Below are positions 51,631 to 64,000 of a stretch of 64,000 bases of DNA, one piece after another. Position 1 is the first letter of the stretch, and each line of letters opens with the position of its first letter. The notes below the pieces were generated by a model. That model saw only the letters and a program-made list of their open reading frames with translations, was not told the DNA's origin and searched no databases. The stretch is from Chlorokybus atmophyticus (lineage: Eukaryota > Plantae > Mesostigma and Chlorokybus algae): the NCBI GenBank assembly GCA_009103225.1, contig RHPI01000671.1:558220-622219 (forward strand), in the 5' to 3' direction. Both the position numbers and the translations under genes were made by a program.

Positions 51631-52784
51631 TGCCACTGCCGACACCTGTGCCAGCAGGAGTAAGCTACACAAACATAATACCAGCCTAGGTGACCACGCT
51701 GAACTAATCACAATACAGAAGATTGCATAGACCCAAGCACAAGTTGACCTGTGATTCACTTACCCTGACAAGGCGTCAATATCAAAAAACTTGTCGTCAC
51801 CCAAATGCCAAGCTACAGATGACACGCATGCTAAAATATCAGAAAACAATACAGCGGTCAACATCATTGTCAATGCCAGCATGCAGTAAACGGAGCTGAG
51901 GCCTATGGTAGCTTGATTGCGACATGGCGCAAGCTTGGTACCTATGCACGAATGCACAGACAACAATGCCCCGTTACAGTCGTACAGGTCAGCAGCAAGA
52001 ACCTATCCGTTTTGCTACTGGGCATTGGTTGTTCTTGATATGTACCATGTTGCATGAGCACATTGTCGTGCGAGCTCGAGTAAAAGCACGTATGCGTCAG
52101 AAACAACAACCACTACCACAACAACGACAAAAACAACAACAATAACCTCCACACCAAACTATCAAACAATACTATACAGCGCAGCTGCTGTACCTTGTGC
52201 ATTGAGAATTGCAACTAGGCTGGCCCACCTTGCACTGTGCAGGTTTCGGCAATTGCTGTTTGGTGTGGCCAATTGCCATCCCAGACGCAGCGGCACTCCT
52301 TGCGCGCGACACGAGCACCCTGCACACGCTGCCATAACGCTGCCTAGACGCAGCTGCCCTTGGTGGCAGATCACCACAGTAGATCAGCTTCGTCCGACGA
52401 GCAACCGACCCACAGAAAGCCAAACTTCCCGTTGTCGCCTCAGCTAATAACATGCAACATCAGCAAAGCCAAAAGTCTTGACCGTCACTCCCTCGCTGCC
52501 GCCACCGCCGCAGGTAGACAACCACACCGTCCGCCCTCGGCCACAACAACCCTAAGCAGATCTCTGTGCTTTGCTCCAGCGATGCCCGGGTGCTAAGTGT
52601 ATAGCAGCTTCACAGTGCGCGAGCCTATGCTGACGAGCGTAAGCGTGGCCTGTCTGTAGGCCGTGTTGTGCTGCCTGTCGTTGGCGGCGGTGGCGGTGGC
52701 GGCGGCGATGTCAGCCGTGGTCGTGCGATTATAGGCGCATTAATCAGGAGAAGGGCGTTAGGCGACAGTGGAAAGGTTGCCAAC

Positions 52785-55700
52785 ATGAAGATGCGCATGA
52801 CGACTGTGGATATAGCCGCCGAGGTGCAGTGCCTCCGGAGGCTGATTGGGTTCAGGGCGGCCAACGTCTACGATATCAATCCGAAGGTGATTGCTTGCAT
52901 GTCAAGCGCGTTATTATCATGACCAATTTCGCATGTCCTCACTAAACTGTGCAATCCGGCTGTGCTGAGGCTTTCGTAGTTGCCCATGCCGTGAGTCAAG
53001 TTGCAGTTCACTTGTAAAACCCGCATGTTGTATGCAATTTGGGCACACAAGCAACTTACGCTGTAGTTGAGATTGCGGTTACTGCATGCGCTGAGGTTGA
53101 GGTTTTCACTGTACATTTGGAAAGTACTTGCAAGCAACGAACAGTACTTGCGAGCAACGAACAGACCTGACTGCACTGTGCGTTCGTGTGAGGCAATTGT
53201 TGGCTGCGGCGTTCTTCCCTTACATGTGCTACTTCCCACCGTTCCCGTCACTGCATGTATGGACATCACGGCATGCAGCCTTGTCTCATGTCTTGTTAAT
53301 CTATCTCAGACGTACATTATTAAGCTTGCGCGGAGCAGCCTGGTGGAAGGTGGAGAGGGCGAAAAAGCCTTGCTACTGCTGGAGAGTGGAATTCGCTTCC
53401 ATGCCACTGCGGTAAGCATTTATGCAAGAAGTATCATCTCTTGCAAATCCGCTGGACTTATGGCACTGTGTAGGTGTTGATTGGTATGTCATGTGTAATG
53501 CAGTTTCAACGAGACAAGAACCAAGTTCCTTCTGGGATTGCACTGAAGCTGCGCAAGCACATGCGCACGCGTAGGCTGGAAAACGTGCGCCAGCTTGGGA
53601 GTGACAGGGTGAGTTGGCACAATGCAATGCCACCACTCTGTTTTGCTTGTTGCTGTGCAGTTGAACGTAGCGCAGGTGGTGTTTACGCATGTTGGAATGC
53701 TGTATGTGTTCGTGGTGTGGCCGGTGCACAAGCTGCTGCATGTGTTGGTTTGTCCATACATACAATGAAGCCACCCTTGCATTCCAGGTCGTTGATTTCC
53801 AGTTTGGCGTGGGTGAATCAGCGTGCCATCTCCTGCTTGAGCTGTATGCGCAAGGCAACATCTTGCTAACGGATGCCAAGTATGAGGTCTTGACACTGCT
53901 GCGATCTCATCGCGATGACAACAAGGGCCTGGCCATGATGGCCCGACATGTATACCCTCTGGATTCAATACGACCTCGCCAGAGGACTAGCAGGTACCTT
54001 CCTAGCAGTCGGCTGTATGTGCAGTCTTTGGTTGTTGCTGGGTTGTGCAAGTTCTTGGACAATTGTCTTGCAATTGCCATTCGCCACCTTCTTGTCCGCC
54101 AAGATGATGATGCTGATGCCCCCATCAGACGTGCACAGCACGGTGAAGTCAACGGTCAGCCTGTCTATGTCTTTTCGCTGAGCGGACTGCTTCATTGTTG
54201 AGGCGTTGTAAGGCTGCAAAGAGTCTTGGTTGTGATACGACTTGCATATTGCAAGTCGGATCTGCAACAGCAGTGCAGTTGGTTGTGGTGACGGTATGAA
54301 CAAGCTGTGTGTCTGCAGAGAGGCCCTGGAAGCTGCTTTGCAGAACGCCAAGCCGGGTGAGACTCTGAAGTCCGCCCTTGCTCACACAGCAGGATATGGA
54401 CCAGCACTAGCTGAACACTGCATCATTGCTTCTGGGTTGCAGCCTGCAAGCAAGGTTCCTGGAGGGGAGGTGTTCCTATCACCAGAGCAGCTTGACGCCT
54501 TGCAGGAAGCCTTTAACAAGCTCGAAGGCTGGCTGGATGACGCGGAGAGGACCAGCAACAAAGGCTACATTATGCTTGCCAAAGCACCTATGCAGCCTTC
54601 ACAGAGAAAAAATCAGGACAGCCCTGAGGATGCAAGTGCTGAGGAGGTTGGTGCGCAGCATGTCACATTTACGTGCACGTGCACGCGTGTTCTCTACTGT
54701 TCTTTGCGGCGCATTATGTGAGCTTGTCCTTGACCATACCGCCGATAGCAGGTATACGAGGAGTTCACGCCTTTGCAGCTTCACCAACATGCCGGCAGAC
54801 GCTTCATTGAGTTTGATATTTTTGATGCTGCCATGGATGAGTTTTTCTCCAAGGTCGAAACTCAGAAAGCGAATGCTGCACGGCGACAGCAGGAAAACCA
54901 GGCACTTTCCAAGCTTGACAAAGTGCGAGCTGATCAAACGAAGCGTGCTGTAGCACTTGAAAAAGATGCTGCAGCAGCGAGACGCCGTGCAGAGCTGATC
55001 CAGTATGTTCTCAATCACTGCTGCTTGGCTGCAGTTATAACATTGGCTGCTGCATCACAATCTTTTCAATAATGCAGATTTCATTCGGAAGAAGTGGATG
55101 CCGCTGTTGAGTTGGTGCGGGATCCATTGGACGAAGGGATGGACTGGGGAAAGATAACCAACCTGGTGAAGGAGAAACGCAAAGCAGGGGATGCTGTAGC
55201 TGGCCTGATTCATGGTTTGGATCTGGCCAACAAGAAGATTACACTGTTGCTCGCCGATGACATTGATGATGTCAGTGAAGAAGTGAAGACTACTCCTGTA
55301 CATAAGGTGAAAATGCTATTGAGCGCAGACTGCTGTTCGCTTTTGGGCACTGCTGACAGAATCATGCATGCTATAACGCAGGTGGAGGTTGACTTGTATG
55401 CCACTGCTTGGGCCAACGCACGGGCGCTCTTTGGCGATAAGAAGCAGAAAGATCACAAGCTTGCTAAGACACTTGAATCTCACGAAAAGGCTTTCAAGTA
55501 TGTGCATTGAAATCAAGTTCTCAATGGGAATCACAGATTGGCCAAGCACCAACATGCGAGTGCTGTTTGCAGGGCCGTTGAGAAAAAGACTCAGCAGCAG
55601 CTGTCCCAAGTCAAACAGGTGGCTGCAATCCAGCTGATCCGCAAGGTCCATTGGTTTGAGAAGTTTCACTGGTTTGTGAGCAGCGACCGCTACTTGGTCC

Positions 55701-58120
55701 TCAGCGGCCGTGATGCACAACAGAACGAGCAGCTTGTGAAGCGCTACCTTCGCAAGGGAGATGTGTGAGTACCGTTCTTGGTGCACATCTGTCTCGTAGT
55801 CCCTTTAGTGCAACAGCCAGTTGTCTGTTACTCAGCACATGCTATTGTTTGGCTGTCCTGCAGGTATGTACATGCCGACATTCATGGCGCCAGCAGCTGT
55901 ATTATCAAGAACAGATTTCCTGATCAACCCATTCCACCGATTACACTGAGTCAGGCAGGGGCGATGACCGTATGCCGCAGCTCTGCTTGGGATGCCAAAA
56001 TAGTAACCAGTGCTTGGTGGGTTCAGGCTGACCAGGTATGACATGCAGGCATTGTGACTGACTTTGTGCCTTGTTAGCATGCACTTCCAGTAGATTGATG
56101 GACCAGCCACTTAAAGTACCGACTCATCCATTAACGGCTAACAAGAGTGTACCTTTGCAGGTATCCAAGACTGCCCCTACGGGTGAATACTTGGTAACTG
56201 GCAGCTTCATGGTTCGGGGCAAGAAGAACTTCCTGCCTCCAACGGCACTCATTATGGGCTTTGGCTTCATGTTCAGACTGGATGAGAGCTCAATAGCTGC
56301 GCATTTGCATGATGAGGCCAACGCCTCTGTAGATGATAAAGCTATGGCTGACGTGGCAAGCGAAGCAGAGTCTGAACCCGTTGAGACTGATGATGAGGCG
56401 CTTGAAGCAACCAACTCCGATGGTGAAGCAGCTACAGACAGCAGATCATCAGAGCAACTGAGCAACACGCAAGCCTCATTAGCTAAAAGTGTGGACCCCA
56501 GCACAGATGCCAAAGAGGAGCCTGCAAGCGCATCTGGGGACGAAACAGCAGGCAACGAAGCCCTTGCGGCATTCATGGACAGCGGCTTGCGCCTGCGCCC
56601 TGCCAGTTCAGAGACGGCAATGGACGCCACAGCATCAACCAGTGGTGATGATGACGACGACGACGATGGCATGAGCACTGCGACTCAGGAATCACAGGTA
56701 ACACACCAAGTGTGCTTCCATAGGTTTGGCGCTGTGGAGTTCTCTTTGTAACAGTGGAGTTGTTGCGCAGAGAAATAAGCCCCGCCTCAGCGCCAAACAA
56801 CGTCGGGACATGAAACGGCAGAAAGAGCTTCAAGCTCTGGGCTTGCCACCCCAAGACGAAGCACCCTCAACAACAAACGCATCCAATTTTGATGCTGCGT
56901 CTACCATATCCAAGTGAGCAATGTGCAGTAGAGGCGCAAGGCTGTCGCCGCCATTCTGCCTATGTGCTTGTGAGGTCAGCTTTGGTTGCTTCTTGCAGGG
57001 ATTCAAGTTGCAAGCAAGAGCATGCACCCCGAGGTAAGCATGGCAAGCTGAAGAAGATGAAGGAGAAATACGCAGACCAGGACGAAGAGGAACGCGCTCT
57101 GGCAATGTCCTTACTGCAATCGGACGGCAAGAAGGAACCCAAGATTAAAGGCAAAGACAATCGAGGGAAGGGCAACACGAGCACTGCTGCACCACCCAAT
57201 GCAAGCAACATGGCTGAACAAGCAACCAAACCAGCACCAAGTAAGCAGCTAGTCACCCGTATTTAGCAAGGCCCTACAATTATATATGGCCATTGCTGCT
57301 GACACATGACAAGCCATGTGCTCTAAGAGGCTATGTTAATGCTCTTCAGACCTGATCGTGACTTACTGTCTCACAGGTCTGCCGACTCAGCAGTTGCTTT
57401 GCTATATATGCAAGCTACCTGGGCATCTTGCAGCTGCATGTCCCACAGCAACAGTACGGCCATCATCGGCTGCTGATACACCTGTTGGAGACGGTGCAGG
57501 TATGAGTTGGTTACTTTCTGGCAAACACTCATACATCTTCATGTTTGCTAACTGGAAAGTTGCAATGCAGATGATTCTACAACTGCGACAGCAGCTGACA
57601 ACGCGGACCCTGAATCCAAAGGCATGAGCAGGCGGGCCAAGGCACGTGCGGCCCAGGCTGAGATTGCAGCCATTTTAGCAGAGGAAGGTGTGATGGAGTT
57701 GACTCCCGAGGACAAGGAACGGCTCAGCGAAATGGACTTGCTGACAGGTAGACGTGTCACTATGCGAAGAAGTGACAGTGCAGTGCGTCCGTGACACTCA
57801 CCAATGCTTCCCACTCAGGTGCACCTCGGCAGGAAGACATACTGATGTGCGCAATTCCTGTCTGTGCACCATATGATGCGCTGCAGCGCTTCAAGTATAA
57901 GGTGAAGTTGACGCCAGGCTCTCAGCGCAAAGGCAAAGCAGCCAAACAGGCACTTGAGGTGTTTATTCGCTCCCCAGACGTCTTGCCTCGTGAAAAAGAG
58001 CTCATGCGTGTTGTGCAAGAGCCTGAACTTGTGCAAGTGATGGTGGGCAACGTGAAGGTATCTACGCCTGGTTTGACCAAGGTGCAAAATGCTAAGAAGG
58101 GCAAGGGAGGCAAGAGTTAG
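52785..58120 (+). CDS. NEMF: NEMF/Rqc2 ribosome quality-control factor (multi-exon)
   Basis: [14 protein letters not shown]...NVYDINPK; [21 protein letters not shown]; [13 protein letters not shown]; [33 protein letters not shown]; [11 protein letters not shown]; [26 protein letters not shown]; CCHC knuckle; [19 protein letters not shown]. Confidence 0.96.
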
Positions 58121-58707
58121 GGATAGCATACATGTTGGTAGCCATTAGCGCTTGCTGTTGTAGTGTACAGTATGCGAAGGTACATTAATCGTGGCTGTGG
58201 GCCACAGCCTGTGGCCCACAGACAACAAACCTTGGCCTAGTTTTGGCTGGAGTATTGCATGAAAGAGCAACATGGTAGTAGCGTCATGTGATAACTTGCC
58301 TGCGAGCAACCATCTACTTGAAGCCTGCACCAGCAATTGGCGGTGTGTAGGCACCGCCGCCGATTGCTGGTGGAGTTGCAGCGTGCATGTTGATAAGTAA
58401 TTTGTGTGCAGATGTGGTAGCATGTTGTTCGCAGCGCAAGGTGCAGTGTTTTGAGCACAGGAGAGGTGTGTTGCAACATGCACAGTGCAGACAGAATTAC
58501 TACCAACAAGTACACAATAAAGAAGCACGTTTCACCATAGCAATTTCCACAATGGCAGCGATTCTGGCAGGTCAAGTCATTGCGAGCCACTCCTCCATCC
58601 CATGCAAAATAGTACCCTGTTCATGCTTTGGCTGCGCCCACTGATCTTGATGCACAGTTTGAATCAGTGAGGCTCAGGTGAGGCGGTTGGGCGGGGCTTC
58701 AGTGAGC

Positions 58708-60730
58708 ATGGCGGCGACGGCGGAGGCGGAGGCGGAGGTGAAGGCGGCGGCGGCGGCGGAGCAGATCGGCGAGAGGGTGTGGAGGCTGAGTGGGAACGCA
58801 TGCAGTTCGGAGTTTTGCCATGCGCCCGGGATGCAGCGCAGCCTGGCCGTGGGGACTTACACCCTAGACGAGGCCACTGGCATGAGGCACGGCTTGGTCT
58901 ACCTGTTCGCACTGGTCGGAGACAATGCCAGGCAAGAGGCAGCTTTCAGTCAGGGACACACATGCACACGCATGCAACCAAGCGCACACTGCCGCACGCA
59001 CATGACCATGCAACAGACATACAGCAGTCATGACTACAAATGCAGTCTCCAACTAGAAGCACAGCACATGCTTGAGCCCTGACCCTGCAAGAGAGATGTA
59101 GCTGTAGGATGCTGTTGTTTGTGGTATAAGTACTTAAGACCACAAATTGCAATTAGAAGTGACGTGCTCCAACACGCGGTTGATCTGACTATCCACATGT
59201 GCCTGCGCTTGCAGCAGCAGCTCACTCGCCTTGCAAAGTTGCAGCAGCACCGCAGGTGTATTCGACTTGAAATGGTGAGCACAACTTGGCACATACACAC
59301 GCATTCAGGTGATTTACAACTGTTCTCGCTGCATCCATTAATGCTGCACCATCGCTCTTCAGGTCTCCGCATGCAGCGGCGACATCAGGGGCCTGTTTGG
59401 CCCAGGCTGGTGCTGATGGCGCTGTGGTCGTATACGATTGTACAAACAACTCATCTACCAGTGGAAGCGAATGTCGGGAACAATTGCGAGTAGTTGCAAG
59501 CGAGTCTGCAATGTGCTTGTCTGTCGACTGGTCGACACACCATGAAGGTTGGTATTATGCTTGTTGATTTACGTCTTGCATGTGGTGTGCTCACAGCTGG
59601 CAGCTTGTGCAGTGCAGGATTGCTGGTTGTCAGTCACTCAGACGGCTCCCTGGCATGCATAAGGCAGAGTGAAAGCCAGCTGGCGGTGACGCAAGCATGG
59701 GGTGCACATGACTATGAGGCTTGGGTGGCTGCCTTTGATTGTTGGCATCCAGATGTCATTTACTCAGGTACGAAGAGAAGTTTGCTTTACTAACTTTGGG
59801 TCCTAACTTCTGTTGCAAATGTAGTCGCAGGCATGACATACAGCTGTGATGTCAAACTTGGACAGGTGGGGATGATTGTTGCTTTCGTGCTTGGGACATG
59901 CGACAAAGCTCGCCGGCGCTGTACACGGATCGGAAGACGTAAGGTGCACTGTGTATGCGTATGAGATGTCAATTTAATGATTAACCAGCTTCACATAAAG
60001 GTTGCGTTTTGGCCAGGCACACCATGGGAGTTACAAGTATTAGAAGCTCACCACACCACAGCCACATTCTCTGCACTGGCAGGTACAACTTGTGCTCATG
60101 CAACTGTTTGCACTGCAGCCTGTGTCTGTTCTCAGTATAAAGTGGTCGTTTGCAGTTATGATGAAAGGATTCGTGTCTGGGACACACGTAACATGGCAAG
60201 GCCAGTTTGTACTTCATCAACACCCACGAGTGGTGGGGTATGTATCAATACAAACAGCCTGTGTTGTGGCTTGTTCGCTGTATGCTTTACTGGATACTGC
60301 AACACGCAAAGCGTCACTAGCACACCTGTGCAGGTGTGGCGGCTAAAGTGGCATCCAACACGATCAGATCGGTTGTTGGCTGCGTGTATGCATGCAGGGT
60401 TCGCAGTGCTCTCCTTTGATGTGAATGGTACGCAGTATCAGGCCTTTACTTAAGCAGTCTATCGAGTGTTTTTTGCACTGAACCTTCTTTACGCATGCGT
60501 CTTCAACAGATGGCGCCGCAACTGTGCAGACATACACGGCGCATGAATCCCTTGCCTACGGGGCGGACTGGTGTCATCCCGACGCATCTGAGTCACAGCC
60601 AGCAACAGCGGAAAGGCTTGTGACGCTATATGAAGGAGGTGTTGCGAGCAAGCATGCATTGGCAGCTGCGGACTTGGTGGGCACTTGCTCCTTCTATGAT
60701 CGAGAGCTGCGCATATGGACAGCTATCTGA
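58708..60730 (+). CDS. DPH7: Diphthine methylesterase DPH7/WDR85 (WD40, multi-exon)
   Basis: LAVGTYTL, MCLSVDW, AHDYEAWVAAFD, SYDERIRVWDTRNM, GG-VWRLKWHP, HESLAYGADW, TCSFYDRELRIW. Confidence 0.92.
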
Positions 60731-61269
60731 GGTGCTGTTCACTTTGGGCTATGTGTTGAGGCACTCTGCACATAGCCAGTGCGCTTGTAGATAAAGGCAA
60801 GCAAGGGGGTGCTTGGTTTGTGTGAACCTTTGTTCCTCACCTTCTCCTGTGCATTGGTGTCTGCTACTCAACACGGCGTGTTTAATAGCAGACAGGTTAT
60901 TATGCTCCGCCTTTTGCGTTGATGCTGTCGTGGTAGGCGTAGTGTGTCCGATACATACAACCTTGTCAATTCTGAAAAGGCACAATTCCCTCGTCGTTCT
61001 TTTGTACAGAGGCAAGGCAGCTGTGCAAAATTGTGCACACCACTATACACGTTCGTGAGCATGCTTGCATGCTTTGCATCTAGCTTACTGGGAAGGTTGT
61101 AGACATATACACACAGGAAGTAGAAGTTGTAGTGGCAGAATTTGATGTTGTGGCAACAAGCCTCTACCTAATGCTGCGCCAGCTTTGAGTACATGGACAA
61201 AGTATCAAGGGGCAAACCTGGCCCTCACCACCTCATGGTGCAGTCGTGTTGTTGGAGAAGTCCAAGATT

Positions 61270-63470
61270 GTCATGTGTATGTCTGCGCTTGCATGCCAAG
61301 ATGCTTCCTTCCTGTATGCACACCCGCCCTGTCATGCGTATGTCTGCGCTTGCATGCTAGGATGTTTCCGCCCTGTATGCACACCCGCCGTGCATGCAGT
61401 GCTGTCTTGTAGAATCCTCTCCGGCAGAAATGTCTCTCCGGACACGTGCTCGAAGCCTTCGAGCACGTATGCCTTTTGTGCTGAGCACCAAATGCACCTT
61501 CAGCCATGCGCGTCACTCCACGAGCCTTTGCGGTTCTGGCATTGACCAGAAGCCAATTATGCACACTTTCGCATTTTCGATTGTGATACACCATGTAGTC
61601 ACCGCTTGTTGTAAACTCGCCCTTAGACGGCTTCATCACTTTCCATCCCATTGGCAACTCGAGACGCAGCAATTTCAAATGCATGACCTGCTGCAAAGTG
61701 GGCCTGGCAATTGTTGAACAAGGATTTCTTCACCGCAAAGCTCGACTAACGTGATAGCGGACGGAAGCAGCGCGAACTTCAGCTCGTCTCAAGGCGGCGC
61801 TGCTGACACAGTCGGTATTACTGTGGGCGGGGATTCCCTGTCTTTCATCTCCAAGTTGCAAACTGCTAGCTCCTGTTTCTCCCGATCCCACGTAGCAAAC
61901 TCGTACACTTGGCACCTTCCATCAGGCAGCAAAGCAGCTGCATTCCCATCGTGATGCCAACTGGCCAAGTTGCGCTCCGTGGAGGCAGAATTTAGGGGTG
62001 AAATAGCTAGTATTGCATTCTGTGCAGCAAAGCTTTGGCTCTCGCGACTCATGAAACTCAGCAGCGGACTCCTGTATGATAGCTGATCATGGAGTCTACC
62101 AACCGTAGCCTGTAACCAAAAAGAATGATCAAAACCTGCCGAAGAGAGGTTTCAAACATTGTATGCAAGCACGCCGCGTGCGGCATCCGTCATCGTAACG
62201 CCATGGCATACAGCCAGTTGCCCTAAGCGTTGAAGCTACAGAAGGTCCCAAGGACGCGGTCTTGGTAACTCATAGGTCTCGCAGCGAGTTAAGGTACACG
62301 GATCTGTCTTCAAGTTTTGAATGTGGAACCACAGAGTGCCGCTGCCATGACAGCTGCTTGCGAGAGATACACAACGCAATCCCCGCAGCAGCACAATGCA
62401 CTAAGACTGCACATATGAGGAAGGAAGTCGGCAGGGGCAGACTCAACAATACAATAGTGCTTGCGTCGCTTAAAGTGGTCGTGCGGCCAGTTGATGGCAA
62501 CTTGGAAGCTGGCATGCCAGCTGGGAAGTTGATTGGGATTGTCTTTTCTGCGTTGGTAGTAGTCGGAAAATTCATGCTAGCAAAAAACTTCGAACGCCTT
62601 ACTCATCCCAAATGCTGCTCTCCATTGCCTGCATGTACACGAAACGTTACCCATTCAGTAATGCGAATGTTGTGGAAAGTTGATTTCGTGGTTGTGCAAG
62701 TCACATTTGGCTCAAAGATTGTCGCTCCACTCAATGGCTCGAGCAAACTCAACAACCCTTGAAAACAAATGGCATTCGCAACAGATGAGATAGCCGAGAA
62801 GGCAGAGCACATCGCTTGCGGGGTGGACAACAACAACGACAGCAAGAACCCACCATTGCATGCAAGCACCACTTGAGGGCATTCAACCAGAACGTTGCAA
62901 CATGCCCATAAATAGAACTCTCTGAAGGAAACTGTACAAGCAGCTTACACCCAATGCTGACCTACCTGCACACTGAGGCTGCAATGACAGTTGTCCTGAT
63001 CCTAACCACCACGAAGCTGCGCTCCAAGCAGTCTACCGGCAGCTCCCTCCATCGTGAGCTGCCCTTGACTCTAGACTCTTCCATGGCTTGTGGAAGGGAT
63101 TGCAAGCAATCCATCCGTCAGCCTAAGCTCAGCTGCACTGCCTTAAGCTGAGCTAAGCTGAGCTAAGCCGAGCTGCCCAGAGCTCAGCTGAGCTGGAAAG
63201 AAGCAAGTCGTTAAACACCTTGCCGTTAGCCTTTCGCACACGATGCTGACTGAACCCCAGGCTCCAGCTCCCCCAATGCCCCTTCCTGACTCCCGACGCC
63301 GCTACCCACCATGCTGTAGGCTACTGGTCACCAGCAGCTCTAACAGTCACTCATGCATCCAACTTAGCTGCGCACCTACCCGCCGGCGACAGCGGCATGC
63401 CGCTTTGCTCTGCTTGAGTGACAGATGACAAGGCCAAGGAGAACAGGGCAGGTCAGTGGGCCCAACCGGA
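61270..63470 (-). pseudogene. Degenerate coding-like region, possibly a distant F-box pseudogene or TE relic
   Basis: Fragmented protein-like frames with stops, and a weak F-box-like TDLP..LLGLVICH..AAV followed by GTAGGT near 63370-63460. AGCTGAGCT repeats at 63120-63195. Not confidently assignable. Confidence 0.25.
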
Positions 63471-64000
63471 CACAAGTATGGGAGGTGAATGCATGCAGGT
63501 TTGCAGTGCTCTTTTTTCAGGTGACTTGTACACATGGTTAATTGTAGCGGTCAATTATGCCTGTTTCATCTCCATAGATAGCTGCATCAACAGTTGTTCT
63601 TTTTCGAAGATAGGGCCCTTACGGCGCGGGCAGCCCCACAGGGTAAATAGAGCGAACTTCATAGATTTTTTTGCATATAATGTTAAAGCGGGCATTATGT
63701 TGGTTTTCTGGCGGTGACATGGTTGCATTTGTTGTAGATAAAGTTATTATCTACACAGCGGTATTGTTTTTGCGATTTATGCCCAGTGATGGCTACCAAC
63801 AGAGCTCCAAAGTTAGGGTGTGGAGGTGTATCCCCAAACCAACTTTCACCCTAATTTCGTGAGTAAAAAGTGCATGGCAGGCACTTCAAGCACAGTGAGT
63901 GGTGTGGAGGCCTTGAGGGGTGTTGGTATCATCGGGAGTATCGATATGACAGGCGGTGCTGTCATGCCTGCTTGGGGTTTGCCGTGCAGCCTATTGTTTG

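Noticed and set aside
43148-60730. Apparent clustering of translation-related genes (ABC-F, NEMF, DPH7)
   Set aside because: They act in different compartments and pathways, and there is no shared-regulation evidence. Likely coincidental.
61271-61395. ~61-bp tandem duplication and the Cys-rich ORF across it
   Set aside because: Simple local duplication with no supported coding or regulatory role.

Overview
Eukaryotic nuclear DNA, most likely a chlorophyte green alga. This is inferred from ~50% GC, many short GT-AG introns ending (T)GCAG, and TGTAA after some stop codons. Six intact, identifiable intron-rich genes: an AIP2-like RING E3 ligase, SRP19, a plastid-targeted Uup-like ABC-F, dolichol kinase, NEMF/RQC2 and DPH7. 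There is also one small unidentified gene. The window starts with a dead Ty1/copia end, the 3' part of a CACTA-like element and a gag relic. From ~14 to 43 kb lies a tandem cluster of mostly pseudogenised F-box genes invaded by transposons. The main finding is a degenerate Ty3/gypsy retrotransposon (~29.56-36.83 kb, minus strand) with the order gag-protease-[DNMT3-like cytosine-5 DNA methyltransferase]-RT-RNaseH-integrase-[PHD finger]. It therefore carries its own putative de novo methyltransferase and a histone-tail reader. Other findings: a CACAC-ended DNA transposon whose empty site is present in the same window and which contains a tRNA-like sequence, a perfect four-unit heat-shock element upstream of the ABC-F gene, and a hairpin-rich candidate ncRNA between AIP2 and SRP19. 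All protein identities come from manual motif recognition; no database search was run.
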